A stretch of 62,135 nt of DNA, filler included, from Basidioascus undulatus (Eukaryota), in the NCBI GenBank assembly GCA_000826855.1. It is 13 parts of 13 records of this genome, joined end to end, with 100 filler letters (N's around TTAATTAATTAA, not from the genome) between each part and the next. Parts side by side here need not be neighbours in the genome. Positions count along the whole stretch, not along the records: positions 49,558 to 52,616 come from JTLS01002532.1; positions 52,717 to 55,791 come from JTLS01002533.1; positions 55,892 to 58,964 come from JTLS01002534.1; positions 59,065 to 62,135 come from JTLS01002535.1; 9 more parts are not named here. The stretch is one strand, 5' to 3'. Position 1 is the first letter of the stretch; the number at the start of each line of letters is the position of its first letter. Under the pieces are notes generated by a model. The model was not told the DNA's origin. It was given only the letters and a program-made list of their open reading frames with translations, and searched no databases. Positions 50,356 to 62,135 of the stretch are shown here, piece after piece. Position numbers and translations under genes: made by a program.

Positions 50356-52013
50356 TGCGGGAGGTCCAGGAGGAGATGATGGTTCGCGGACGACCACTTG
50401 AGCCGCGAGCGGAGTCCAAGGCGGAGAGGCGCAAGGACGCGCGCGCGAACCAGTCACGTGCCCATGTTGAGTCGTGTTTCTTTTTTTCTTCTTTTTTTTT
50501 TTCTTGGGGAGTAGTGTCTGCTGTCTTGGGTAGCTAATATTTCAGAAATCGCACATTATGAGCAACTACGCAATCTCTACGGACGTGCCCCCGCAAGACC
50601 AGCTTGGATGGGCCTACGAAGTCCCAGCGACGCCGTGTCACAGCACACATTCTGTGAAGATTCCTTCTCACGCTTCCTCCGCACGATAAACAAAAAAAAA
50701 TCAATAAGGTTCAGAAATTCCACGTCTGTCAAAGTTTACCAGGGGCAACAGTTGCAGTGCGGCTGCTGGCAATGCGTGTGCTCCAGTGCACTCCCCAGGC
50801 ACTATCTGTCCAGACAAGCTTGCGCTGCTGGTAGCAGACCATCAGGGATTGAAATGACTAATCCAGAAGATATCTCTGGACCTCGTATTTCAACCGAAAG
50901 ACTACAAATGGCGTGAATTGATCGAGCGCAAGTGGGTTGTAGACCAAGTTCAGGGGACCCGCTTGTCTGCGTGCTCGTGACCACGACAGTACCAGCGATA
51001 AAAGCACTGCACCCGATAGATGTTCATTTATTACTTGAGTATAGACCTTAAAAAGAGAAGCAAAACTGCCCCAAAGCCCATACTTTCAGTATGTTTGATC
51101 TGCGATCCTTGAGGTTGCACCCCATGAATACTTGCAGCTCTCGGGGGACGGCGTGGAAGTTGTTGCTGTCGGTTCGCCGAACGTCCTTGTTTGACTAAGC
51201 TTTTTATATATACCTCGGTAGCGAGCAAAACCTTTCCAAGAAAGGTTGCCGTGCCGCCAGTGCATGTCCTTTTGGTACATCCACAGCTATCAAGTAATGT
51301 ATTGAAAAAGATTGGACTACATTAACCTTTGATTTCCTCTCAGCAGGAAGGCATGACACTATAGCCCACAGACTCGTACTCAAAGCACCCGACTGCTTGC
51401 AACTGGCACCCCTCGGTGCTGGCGGGCACACAACCACCGCTACAGCAAACATCTCCTGCCCGCCCCTCATTCTATCGGAAATATTCATGCTTTTATTTTT
51501 ATCCAACTGGTCCAAGCTCAGATGGCATGAGCTCAGCTGCAACTCGTGCTGAGGCACGCACAGCAGCACTTGCCTCCTCTGAGTCAGCGCAGACGATCTC
51601 GAGGAGCAGCGGGGTGATTTCGCGCTTGCACATAGCCATTCTCTTTTCATAAACAAACATTTTCATAAATCGAGGAACAAATACCGGCGTTGAGCAAGTG
51701 GACGTCAATGAGCCAAGGCCGCCCCTGCAAGATGTCTCGGAAACGGAAACTGTGCGGTTTCGATCCCAACTTGCCTCCTTCGTATAGCCCTTGCCTTCTC
51801 GCTTCGAAACCGTTAGTTCACGAGATGACACCATTTCCCTGACTTCTCCTCTGCCTCTTATGCTTGCGCACCGCCGCATAAAAGCCAACTGCGGGAGTGC
51901 AGCTTGCGCTCAGCTTGCCACCATCTCTCACCCCGCCCGCCACTCAGTCCTTACCCACGGTCCAGATAACCTCTCCCCCGCTTTTACCCACACATAGTAC
52001 CTTTATACAGACA

Positions 52014-52295
52014 ATGCCTAACCACAACGCCAACCACGTGCAGCTCGACCGCGTCGAGGAAGGTCGCGCCCGGGACGCCGGCCCCCTCGACTCCCCCGGC
52101 TTCCTTAGCACCGCTGCCGACGCCGTCGACCAGGCCACCCGTTTCCACCTTACGGTGATCGCTGCTGTTTTCGTGGCCACGGCCAGCTCAGCCTCCAACG
52201 CTGCCACTATGCTCGTCAACGCTGGTGTCAACGGCGTCGCTGCGGTGACCTTCGCTGTCGACAACAACGGCCCCGCCGTCGCCAACCGAGAGTAG
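52014..52295 (+). CDS. Small orphan Ala/Val-rich protein (93 aa)
   Basis: ACAATG start and C-ending codon bias within otherwise AT-richer DNA; hydrophobic C-terminal half. Confidence 0.4.
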   Translation: MPNHNANHVQLDRVEEGRARDAGPLDSPGFLSTAADAVDQATRFHLTVIAAVFVATASSASNAATMLVNAGVNGVAAVTFAVDNNGPAVANRE

Positions 52296-52716
52296 CCAAG
52301 GCAGCCCCTACTGTTTGTTGCCTCCATCTTGGGGATAGAGGCAGGATGTGATCACTTCCAACCCTTTGCAGCATGTAGCACAAGCTGCGGCGCAGCCTGC
52401 GGCGGGTGCACGCCCAAGCTAGGCTGTGGGCTTTGGGCTTGTCCTTTTAGAGCTCGTTCTTCATCAATGCCTGAGCCAAGAGATCCGTTGTTGAAAGTTT
52501 ATAGGGGTTGTACTCGTCATTACAACGAGACAGTATACTTTTTAGAAAACATTGTTTTAAAAGGTTGATATTGAGACAAGCACTAGCATTCAAGCCGAAG
52601 CTCTAATAACCAGCAGNNNNNNNNNNNNNNNNNNNNNNNNNNNNNNNNNNNNNNNNNNNNTTAATTAATTAANNNNNNNNNNNNNNNNNNNNNNNNNNNN
52701 NNNNNNNNNNNNNNNN

Positions 52717-54081
52717 ACTTCCATCCCCTCCTCCTCCTCCTCCTCCGCTACCTCCTCCATCTCCGCGTCCTCCTCTTCCTCCGGCTGCGGCTGCGACTCC
52801 GGTTCAGGAGCGGCGTTCTTGCCTCTCGTTGCGCGCTTCGGCGCAGCCGCGGGAGACGGGGCGCTGGACTTGGTCGTGCGTCGGGAGGTAGTACGAGTGG
52901 GGACGACTGGTGCGGGAGGTTCGGATGTGGAGGAGGAAGGCTTGCCGCGCGTGGAGCGGGTGGACTTCGCGGTTGGGGGCGCGGCGGCGGCGGTCGTGCG
53001 GCGGGAGGCGGTCGTAGTTGAGGAGGCGAGGGATTTGGAAGAGGCGGCGGTAGCGCGCTGCTCGCAAGCAAGAGGGAGTCTATCAGCCTGAGCCCCCCTG
53101 CGCGTCCACCTGCAGAATATCACAGTCCAATGCACCTTTGCTCGCGCCGCCGGCGTCTTCGCTACGGGCTTGACAACCTCCTCCTCCTCCTCTTCCTCCT
53201 CCGCTGCGGGCTCCGCGTCCGAGTCGACCGCCAGCCCCTTGCGCACGCGTTCGTCGTACGCCTTGCGGTACGTCTCGCGCAACTTTGGTGCCTTGCCGGG
53301 GACGGACTTAGCGGTGAAGAAGGGGCAGTTGGGCGAGCGCGAGCGGTGCTCCTCCCTGCAAGGGGGAAGATCCAGGTGTCAGTTGAGAATGACGGTGGAC
53401 GACTGGGCGAAGTGGGGAAGAGAGAGGAGAGGGGAGAGGATGGGGCAAAACTGAAAGATGGAAAGAGATACGCACATCGGGTCGTCGCCTTTTTGCCAGC
53501 CATCTAGAGCGATGTTGCAGTACGCGCAGGCGCACGTGTCTGGCGCGGATGGTTGCGGAGCGTAGTAGAATCCGGCGGAGGCGAGCTGCATGAGGGGCCA
53601 CGACAGCGTGTTTAACGTTGAGCAATTCATCTCAGGGGAAGATGAAAACTCAGAAGGAACGCACCTTGTGCACCGTCACGTTATAGCTCTTCTTCCACGA
53701 GTTCCCAAACGTCGCCTTCCTTGCGTCCAGCATCTCCTTGCACCTTGGCGTCCGGCCCCTGACGCCGTCCTCCTCCTCCCAGTACTCGATCCGCAGCCGC
53801 CCGCCGACGTCCTTCCCCCATTCGAGCCCATCCACGTGCAGCGCGCAGATGACCTTGGCGAACCCGCACGTCTCGGAGCGGAGATGGTCGCGGTGGGGGT
53901 CGTCGTCTCGGTCCCAGCCGCCGAGGATCTTCTCGCAGAGGAAGCACTGGACGTCGTCGGAGGAGGGGGAGAGCGCGTAGAACCCTGCGGACGCGAATGC
54001 TTCGGGCGGGGGATGGGTGCGCCGGTTGGAGAGCTTCTTGTGCGAGGAGAGCGTCGCTAGTCGCGCGGTGTATGTCTCCAT
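52717..54081 (-). CDS. BIR1: BIR-repeat protein (survivin/Bir1-like), 5' part
   Basis: Two BIR domains: ARLATL..ASAGFY..DDVQCFLC..LGGW..DDP..H..C and LASAGFYY..CAYC..LDGW..DDP|.EEH..SPNCPFF. Confidence 0.88.
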
Positions 54082-56504
54082 CGGGGGCGGGCCGCGGGGG
54101 GGACGTCGGGGATGGCGGGGGCGGTGTAGGCGATGGGGAGGAGAGCGGTCTTGATGGTGATCTGGATGGAAACGAAACGAGGGCTGAGGGCAGGGTGCGG
54201 ATGGCGAGCGAGGCGCAATTGATGGTCCGTCTATCGTTTGGGCAGTCGGGAAGCAAGTCGCGTCCAAAGGCGAACGTGTTTTCGCGTCGACCTAACCAGA
54301 CAGTCGCGACGAACGTCACGTGCGTGAAACGAGACCTCTCTTTCATTGCAGCTCAAAGAAGGATATGAAGAGTCTTTTGAAAAATACAGTGAAAGATTTT
54401 GGTAGATATTCTGGGTCATGCCCAAAAGACTTGCGAAATCACGCAGTTGCCCAGCGGCGCACTTGAAGCACAAGTGTCCTCGACCGCCGCAATGCAAGGA
54501 CTCCTAAGAACTAAAAGACTCACACACAATTATTCAAAATGTCTTAATAGTTTTTAGGCGCTTCCAGTCCATTTGTTTGGGCTAGTACGTCGGAAACTCT
54601 CCAGTCGACATAGTCGCGGCGTAGGGCCGCATGGAGCGGTAACTCCAGCCATTAGTGCGCCTTGTGACCGAGCAAACAGTTAGAGCGGCTCAGCCTCTCT
54701 TGAATGTTCCGTGAGTCTTTTGTACCTGAACCAACCAATATACGGAATCTAGGGCGCCAAACTGGCTCAGGTGGGAGGCCGTGAGTACGGCCTTGAGTTC
54801 CAAGACTCGAATCGGGTGAGATGGAGGAGCGCTTGGACCAGCCAAGCAGCCTGTTAGAAAAGGGTGAGAGTGGAACATGGAGCTCCAAAAGGGTTCAAAA
54901 TATCTTCCCTACTAAGAAAGGCGATCAGAGGGTCTTCGCATGCCAGCATTCCGATGGCCTCGCCAGGCACGGGGATCTCTCTCTGCACTACACAATGTGA
55001 AAATTGCAAGGACAAAGTAATTTTCTACCCTCATCTAATATACTGCTTCCTCTCGGAATGAGGGTAATCATGAGCGTATGCAAGGTCGGGGATTTGACGA
55101 AGAGGCGACGCTGGATTTGAGCGCAGTCTTGCAGCATCGTGCAACAAAACGGTGCGGCTGTAGGCTTCAAACATCTGCTTTCAACAAAGAGAGGCAAGAC
55201 TTGAGGTCTTTCGGTGAAGTCGCATGCCAGGTATGCAGGCGGCCGTTGACAGGACGTATACGTAGACCATGCTTCAGAAAACCGCAGACAATAGAGAATC
55301 CGGAGATGCCTGATGGTCGAAGTGTCCGCTTAGAAAAAGCCCATACATAAGTATTTTCTCACAAATGCAAAGGGTGTCATCGGTGGCTTTGGGCCTGAAT
55401 CATGTAGCGCCAGTGCGCTGTCCAGTCCGGACATCGATACAGGCTTGACTACTGGGGGTCTTCACACAGAGCACTCATCGCGGTACATGGACAGCAGTTA
55501 GGTCACGCCTTATTACACTCCTTGATGAGTAAATGCCTATGGACGCTTAGGTCCTGGACTGGGAAGCACGGGCGTCTCGCAAGCCGTGGTGCTTATGCAT
55601 AGTCTTGTCCTGAATCTGAACAACAAGTGAGGCTTGCGGAACCTCTTCCAGATGGGCAAGGCCATTCAAACTAAATGTATGCTTATTGTACCTATCATGA
55701 CCGACGGCTGACCGTTTACCAGGCGAAGAGAGCAAAAGGAGGCACTCAAGAGGCAAGGGGCACGCGGGGCGCACAGCGCCCCGCCCCGCCCNNNNNNNNN
55801 NNNNNNNNNNNNNNNNNNNNNNNNNNNNNNNNNNNTTAATTAATTAANNNNNNNNNNNNNNNNNNNNNNNNNNNNNNNNNNNNNNNNNNNNTAGGGGAGA
55901 AATTGGGGGGACGTTGTGGGGTGAAGGGGGTAAGAGGGTAAGATGGGAGATGGGGAGGAGAGGAGGAGATCGGTCAGTCAGAAAGAAAGAAGCGAAGGGG
56001 TAGAGCGGCCAGAGCAGCCACCGACGAAGGAAATGCGCCGTTCCTGATGCCCGAATGCCCTACGTCACAGCTTGCGCCCGGAGTCCGGCGGAGCTCTGGC
56101 GGAGCCTGACCGATTCCCCAGAAATCCTCCAGACGGAGCTCAGCGCCCTGCGTGTCTTTTATTCATATAGATTCAGATCCGGGCTCATTCCCGAAGTGTT
56201 GAGGATGTGTTGCTGCTTTCTGGCTTGTGGAGGGAGCGAGAACACATGTGAAACTAGTTGCAAGGTTGGACCGAGGATGCACCGGCGGAAATTCTGACCG
56301 GCCGGCGTCCGCGGCGTTTATCGATCGATCTGACACGCGAGGCCGTGCTTGTTGGCTTTGAGCTTGCCTCCCGACCATCATCACGACCTCGACGCGTCCT
56401 TCTTGAGCCCATAATTCGCCACACGTACATCTGTTCTTATTTCTTGTATCATATACACACACTTTCATTCCTGATTCCCTCTCCTCCTTCTCGCCCTCCA
56501 CTCG

Positions 56505-58964
56505 ATGTCCGCCAACCCGCCGATCGTCCTCCCCCGGGCCTCGCCGCCCCTCTCCCCCAACACCCGCATCCGCGCCTTCGTCCTCTCCCAAGTACCGCAC
56601 CAAGCGCGGTACGCAGCGGATGGCGAGGCCCAGCTCTCCACCGCTCTTACTCTCGACCGCGCCGCCTCCTCCTCCCATGCCCCCGGTCCCCCCGCTACCA
56701 AGCGCCGCGGCATTGTCGCGTCGATGCGAAGCCGGGGAGAGTCGTCGTCCTCCTCCGGGAAGGGGAAGAACGAGATGGATGGCTTGGGCCGTGCGAAGGA
56801 GCGCGGGGGGAGCCCGCTCCTTGAGCCGAGGGTGAAGAAGGAGGGGGCGCATGCGAGGAAGGAGAACGCGATGCTGCTGGACAGGGGCAAGGAGAAGGGC
56901 AAGGGCAAGGGAGGGGGGTACGTCTCCGAGGCGGACGCCAAGCAGGCGCAGGCGCATTCAACCGCCGCCGCTACATCCAAGCCGAAGCTCCCCTCCTCCA
57001 AGCGGAAATATCCCGAGCCCGAGCCTGAGCCCGAGCTTGACCAGGAAACAGCGGAGCACACCGAGCGTGCGTCCTCCGCCCCCTCCCCCCCCCTCACCCG
57101 CCGCACCGCGCGCTGACACCCCTCCCTCTCCCTTGCAGGCCTTCGAGCCCGCCGCGAGCTCCGCCGCACCCGCGCGTCGATCAAGAAGCCCGAGGAGACG
57201 CGCCTCACCCCGCCCTCCAAGAAGAAGGCGAAGCGGTCCAAGCCTGGAGACGGGGACGACGCGCCCGCCCCGCCCAAAGCCGTCAAGGCCCTCGTGGGCG
57301 CTTCGACGCTCATGCAGAACTTTACAGCGAAGAACGTCCGGGAGGGTGCGTCTCCTACACTCCCCGTCATCATTTTCACCCTCCCCCCACTTGCTTTTCC
57401 CTTCCACTTTCCTTTCATTCTCCGCCGCTCCTTTCCGGACAGAGCACAAGCTGACTAGTGTGGGTGTGGGCGGTAGGCGGGAGGCTCACGGTCCGCCGCT
57501 CCTCTCGGCTCTCCTCCCCGCGCACGCCTGGAGAGGAAAAACGCTGACCCACGAGCACAGCTTAAGCGCGGCCCGACGCTCGGGATGTTCAACAAGGGCA
57601 AGGCGAGCGAGCGGGTTGAAGTGGGGGCAGGGCGGGCGCGAGCAGGTACATCATCTCCTCTCTGTTATTTTCGCACTTGGCCGACTGTTTCTCATGGTTT
57701 GTTGGTCGCAGCACCGGACTTTGTCTTCGACGAAACGCGCTTCCTCAATCGCCGGTCTTCTCTCGCTCCTCCCGCACCCCCGTCCACCAAACCTTCCAAG
57801 CGTCCCCCTCGCCCACGCGCGAAAGCCGCGCCCTCGCCCTCGTCCTCGCAGTCGCCTGACGACGACGAAGAACCCTCCTTCCGCCCTCCCGCACACGCAG
57901 AACGTTCTCAACCCGCGCTCGACGACTACAACGGCTACGACGCGTACGATCTCGTCTTCATCCCTCCCCGTCGCAAGTCAAACTCCGACTGTCAGCAGGC
58001 GACGACGTCCAAGCCCAAGCGTCGTCGGGTGCGCGACCCCTCGCCCGACCTGCGGAACGAGCGCGGCGACGGCCCCACTCCGGTAACGTCCAAGCGCCGC
58101 CGCTGGAAGCGCGAGCGCGATCCCTCGCCCGAACCGGAGCCGGAACCGTACCCCGACCTCGGCTCGTCCGTTCCCTCTGAGGGCGACGCCGACGAGGTGG
58201 AAGACGTCGCCGCCCCTCCGCGTGGGGCCCGGACGTCGTCCGCCGTGGTGGAGGAGGAGCGAGAGCCCAGCGAAGAGCGGGCGGACGAGGAGGATGAAGA
58301 GGACGCGGAGCCTGCGCCGAGCGTCGTGCTGGACGTTGCGGGCCGCAGGTGGGGGGCGCCTGCGCAGGGAGCGGAGGGGCGGAGACGGAAGGAGAAGGAG
58401 AAGGAGAAAGCGAGAGGTTCGAGGGACGTCGCTGAGAGTCGGCACTTCGCCGCACAGCCTTCGCGTTCCCCTCCTGCGGCGCCACCATCGCCGCCGCCGC
58501 AGGGAGACCCTTGCGCTCCTCGCCTCTTCCACGACTCTCCACCCGCTGCGGCACCTCAACCCCGTTACCCGTCCGCTTCCTCGTCCGCTCGACCCGTCCC
58601 GGCAGCCCGCCACACCTCGCGTCCGCTCCCCGCAACCGACCACCCCGCCCCACACGACTCCGACCCTCTACGTGCACGCTCGTCCTCGTCCTCGTCCGAC
58701 CTCGGACGGCTCATCCACGCATGCGCAGAGGAGGGGGGGCCCGCCGCTGCATCCCAACTCTACCAGCTCCAGCCCTCCGCGCCTTCGTGCGCCTTCCGAG
58801 CACCGCGAGCCCTCGCCTCCGAGCTCGTGCGCGAACCCGAGCTCGAGGCCGACCCTGCCCGCGCGCGGTCGAGCTCGAGCTCGTCCGACCTCGGGCGGCT
58901 CATTCGGGCTTGCGAGGAGGCCGGCGTGGGTGGGGCTCGGTGGACTGGCGGGGCCGGCGGGGGT
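56505..58964 (+). CDS. Hypothetical low-complexity protein (3' truncated)
   Basis: Long GC-rich exons with GTGCGT introns; conserved-looking LMQNFTAKNV..RLTV and GMFNKGKAS segments. Confidence 0.6.
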
Positions 58965-59064
58965 NNNNNNNNNNNNNNNNNNNNNNNNNNNNNNNNNNNN
59001 NNNNNNNNTTAATTAATTAANNNNNNNNNNNNNNNNNNNNNNNNNNNNNNNNNNNNNNNNNNNN

Positions 59065-61202
59065 GTTCGCCCCGGCGTTCCCACCGCCGCGGAGGCCGCC
59101 CTTCAAGCGGGCCGGCTGCCCGCCCGCCGGGCTCTCGGTCGCGCGCGTCGCAGGGCTCGTGGAGCTGCTGCTGGCCGAAACGCTTCGAGGGCCGCCGGCA
59201 CGGTCATACAGCGCCGAGCTGGCCGTGCGGACGCTCGAGCGGCCGCGCTCTTCGCCGGCGGCGAGGGGCTGGGAGTGGATGAGCGGTGGCTCGCCCGTTC
59301 GCGGGGAGGAGGCGATCGCGGTCGGGCCGACGGAGGAGGACGGCGTGGCGGCTTCATGGGAGGCGTGGGCGTGCGGGAGACGAGGCGAGGAGGTGGGCTG
59401 GGGCGGGAAGTAGTCGCCTGACGACGGGGTGGGGTGGGACGCCGGGCTCTGCGCACCGCGGTTCTTCAAGATGCTGCGGCGCGCGGTGGCCGGGCCGGGG
59501 GAGGTCGGTTGCTCGGCGGGCCCGGGTGAGGGAAGGGGGGACGAGGTGGATGATTGATGGTCCGCCTGCGACTGGACAGCCGCCGCGCCAAGCGGTCTCG
59601 TTCGCTGCTGCGGGCTGCTGCTTGGGCTTGCGGCCGCGCGTCCGGTCGGCGGCGCACCGAGCATGATCGTGCTTGTCGGTTGGCTTGATCGCGGGCCGCC
59701 CGAGCCCGGCGCAGTAGCATCGTCGTACTCGACTCCGACGCCCAGATCGGGCCCGCTGAAGTAGTCGAACCCACCCGGCGAGTAGTCGTCGTCGTCTTCC
59801 CACGCGCTCGGGTGGTAGCCGTGCGCGGGCGAGGGAAAGTCCGGCCGGCCGCTCTGGGCGACATGCGCAGGCACGGGGACGTAGGTGTGGCCGGGCCCAT
59901 ACGGCGCGTAGACGACGGGCGACGCGCCGTCCTCCCAGAGCTCGGCCGTCTTGAGCGTCGTCGGGGCGATCCGCGCGATCGTGATGTGGTCGGGGGCGGG
60001 GTAGTTTTTTGCGCTCGTCTCGCTGCCCGAGGAGGACGAGAAGTTGCGGCGGAGGTCTGGCCGGTGGCTGAGGTACTGCATGCCGCCCGGCCCGGATCCG
60101 GCCGAGGAAACGGAGGATGTCGAGCGCATCGTGAGGCCCTCGTCCTCCGAGTCAGAGCCCTCGATCGATCCCTCCGAGTCCGACCCGCCGATCTTCTCCG
60201 GCTCGTCGAGCGCGATGCGCTGCTCGACGAAGTTGTTGAACGAGATGTGGCGGCGACCCATGCCGGTCGGAGGCGTGCCCGTGCCGTCGAGCGTGCTGCT
60301 CGAGCCGCCGGGCGAAATGAGGTTCGCGGCGCTGGGCAGGCGCGGGGGGGATAGCCGCTGCCCGCCGCGAGCGATCTCGGACGCGGGTATGGAGGACTCG
60401 CTCTGGCTGCCCGGCACGCCGGGACGCTGCGGGGCGATCTTCGGGCTGCCCGTTGACGTCGTGCTCGGGTCGCCCCCCTCGAGCACTGGCGAGGCCGTGT
60501 CAGGTATCGCCAGGATTTCGGAGATCGTGCGGTGCTTGAGGATCGGTTTTCGTGCGCCGCTACCCTTGTCGAGGTCCATTCGGTCTTCGAGCGTCGACGC
60601 CTTGGGTGGGGGGACGGGATCGACGGCGGTGTGGAGCGGACCGTAGAGCCAGGTGACGTCGGAGTCCTTCAGCCTGTAGAGCGATGAAGTCGCATGGTCA
60701 GCATGCAAATGCAGTAACAGAAATAATGCTGGTTCGTCAGATCCAAAGAACCCAGCCCTCTGAGCCCCTCAGAAATGCCAGAAGACCACTCGAGCCCCGT
60801 GGGACCTCCCCACCAGAGTGCCTTCTTCCTTCCACACCATCCAGTGACCGCAAGACTCACCAGTTGAGCGTCTCCGGACTGATTGTCTTCAACTTGTTCC
60901 TCTGCTTCCACCACGTCCGCCAGCTAGCATTCTCGAGCCGAACGCCGTTGGCGATCTCGTTCTTGTGGCGCGTCATGCTCCTCCAGCTCGTCCATACGTC
61001 CTCCTCCTCCCAGTCCTGGGAGAGGTAGTCGACGCAGATCGACGGCAGGCGCGTCTGGGCGTCTGCGTCGTCGGGCGTGTGGTGCGCGGCCGAGCCGGGC
61101 ACGGTGACCTGGTCACCCGCAAAGAGACATCATGAGCGCTAGCAGCTGCGCGGAGGGCCAGCGCACCGGACGGACCGAAGAACCGGGGACGTATTGGGCC
61201 AT
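59065..61202 (-). CDS. Reg1-like PP1 regulatory protein (DUF1752 domain), 3' truncated
   Basis: VDYLSQDWEEEDVWTSWR..NGVRLENASWRTWWKQRNKLKTISPETLNW|LKDSDVTWLYGPL, KPILKHRTISE and the RVxF-like RHISF. Confidence 0.88.
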
Positions 61203-62135
61203 GATGGTGGAAAGAGAAGAAGAAAAGTTGAGGGAGCGTCGCGCGCGGCGGCGGCGGCGGCGGCGACGAGGGCGAGCAGGGGCGGGATGGGAGTGTATGA
61301 TAGGCGAGTCGCTGCCGGGCTTCTGTGCGTAGCGAAGTTGAACGCAGCGCAGCATGCACGGGAGGCGCCCAGATTTCAGAGGCTCAGTGTTCTGTTCTGC
61401 TGCCCCTGCAAGGCGAATTGAGATCGGGTGACGACAGGACGTACAAGCCTTCCAGACGGCGGGAATGCCAGCGCCTGTGTCCGATCCAAGGTCGTGTGTG
61501 GCCTGTGGAAAGCGAGCACGGCGCGTTCAGCGCTGCTTCGATGGGACTGGTCTAAGATTGCCTTACTGTTCTTGTGTAGGTGTGCCTGTTTCAAGCAAGA
61601 AAAGCCGCACAGACGGAGCGGGTGGAGCGTTCACGCCGCGCGGGGAGCCGAGTGGGGTGCGTGGGGAAGGGAAGACGGGCGATGGGCGTGGCGGGCCACT
61701 AGCTAGCCGTCGTCGTTGGCAACGGCGAGGAGGGTGGTGTGGATGGGGTGGACGCCGGTGGGGATGGGCCGGAGTGTGTGTGCGGTTGTAGGGCGTAGAG
61801 AATGGGTTGACTTGGATGGATGGAGCGCTCGAGGAATGAGGCAAGTTGAGGCAAGAGCGTCGACTAGCCGAGCTCGACGCAAACGCCGGAGCGTGCCTTC
61901 CGGCACCGTCCGAGGATGCAAGATCGCTAGCAATCGCACACAGATCTTGCGACTTTCCTTCTTTGGCTTGCGCGTCATGTTGCTCCCCATCTTCTTCACC
62001 CAGCTTCGCACGTAACTCCAACTCCAACACATCCCAGTGCGAAAAAATATACGCAGCACACCGAACGAGCACAGCGCCTGAACAACTCAGGAGCTGAACC
62101 AAGCTGAAAGATCTCCAGAGCAGACATGGCAGTGA

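Noticed and set aside
56163..58677. Long antisense and overlapping ORFs in the ORF track
   Set aside because: These are shadow ORFs expected from high GC and low-complexity coding on the opposite strand.
24022..59020. Regularly spaced (~3.18 kb) TTAATTAATTAA palindrome suggesting an array or piggyBac-type TTAA sites
   Set aside because: Always embedded in 44+44 Ns; it is an artificial contig linker.
61563..62102. 179-aa minus-strand ORF at the window end
   Set aside because: No recognisable motif, non-ATG start and a low-complexity tail in the promoter region of the Reg1-like gene.

Overview
Intron-rich, GC-rich fungal (most likely basidiomycete) nuclear DNA. It is not a contiguous locus. 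It is 13 contigs joined by an artificial 100-bp spacer (44 N + TTAATTAATTAA + 44 N): one 23,977-bp contig followed by twelve contigs of about 3.06-3.09 kb, so gene adjacency across spacers means nothing. The long contig carries a frameshifted F-box-like gene, the AP-1 mu subunit and an M20 carboxypeptidase S. Between the last two is a visibly lower-GC island with a Zn2Cys6 transcription factor, a Dal5/Tna1-type MFS transporter and a divergently transcribed cytochrome P450. The short contigs carry mostly partial housekeeping genes: TFIIF-beta, OPA3-like, Met-tRNA synthetase, XPG/Rad2, CCDC97-like, Vps68, Csl4, NADP-dependent ADH, LETM1/Mdm38, D-amino-acid oxidase, a BIR protein and a Reg1-like protein. 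They also carry a tRNA-Val(AAC), a damaged DHFR and several hypothetical genes. The best candidate for an uncharacterised system is the TF-MFS-P450 cluster with repeated candidate Zn-cluster sites in its shared promoter. All gene models were spliced by eye and no database search was run.
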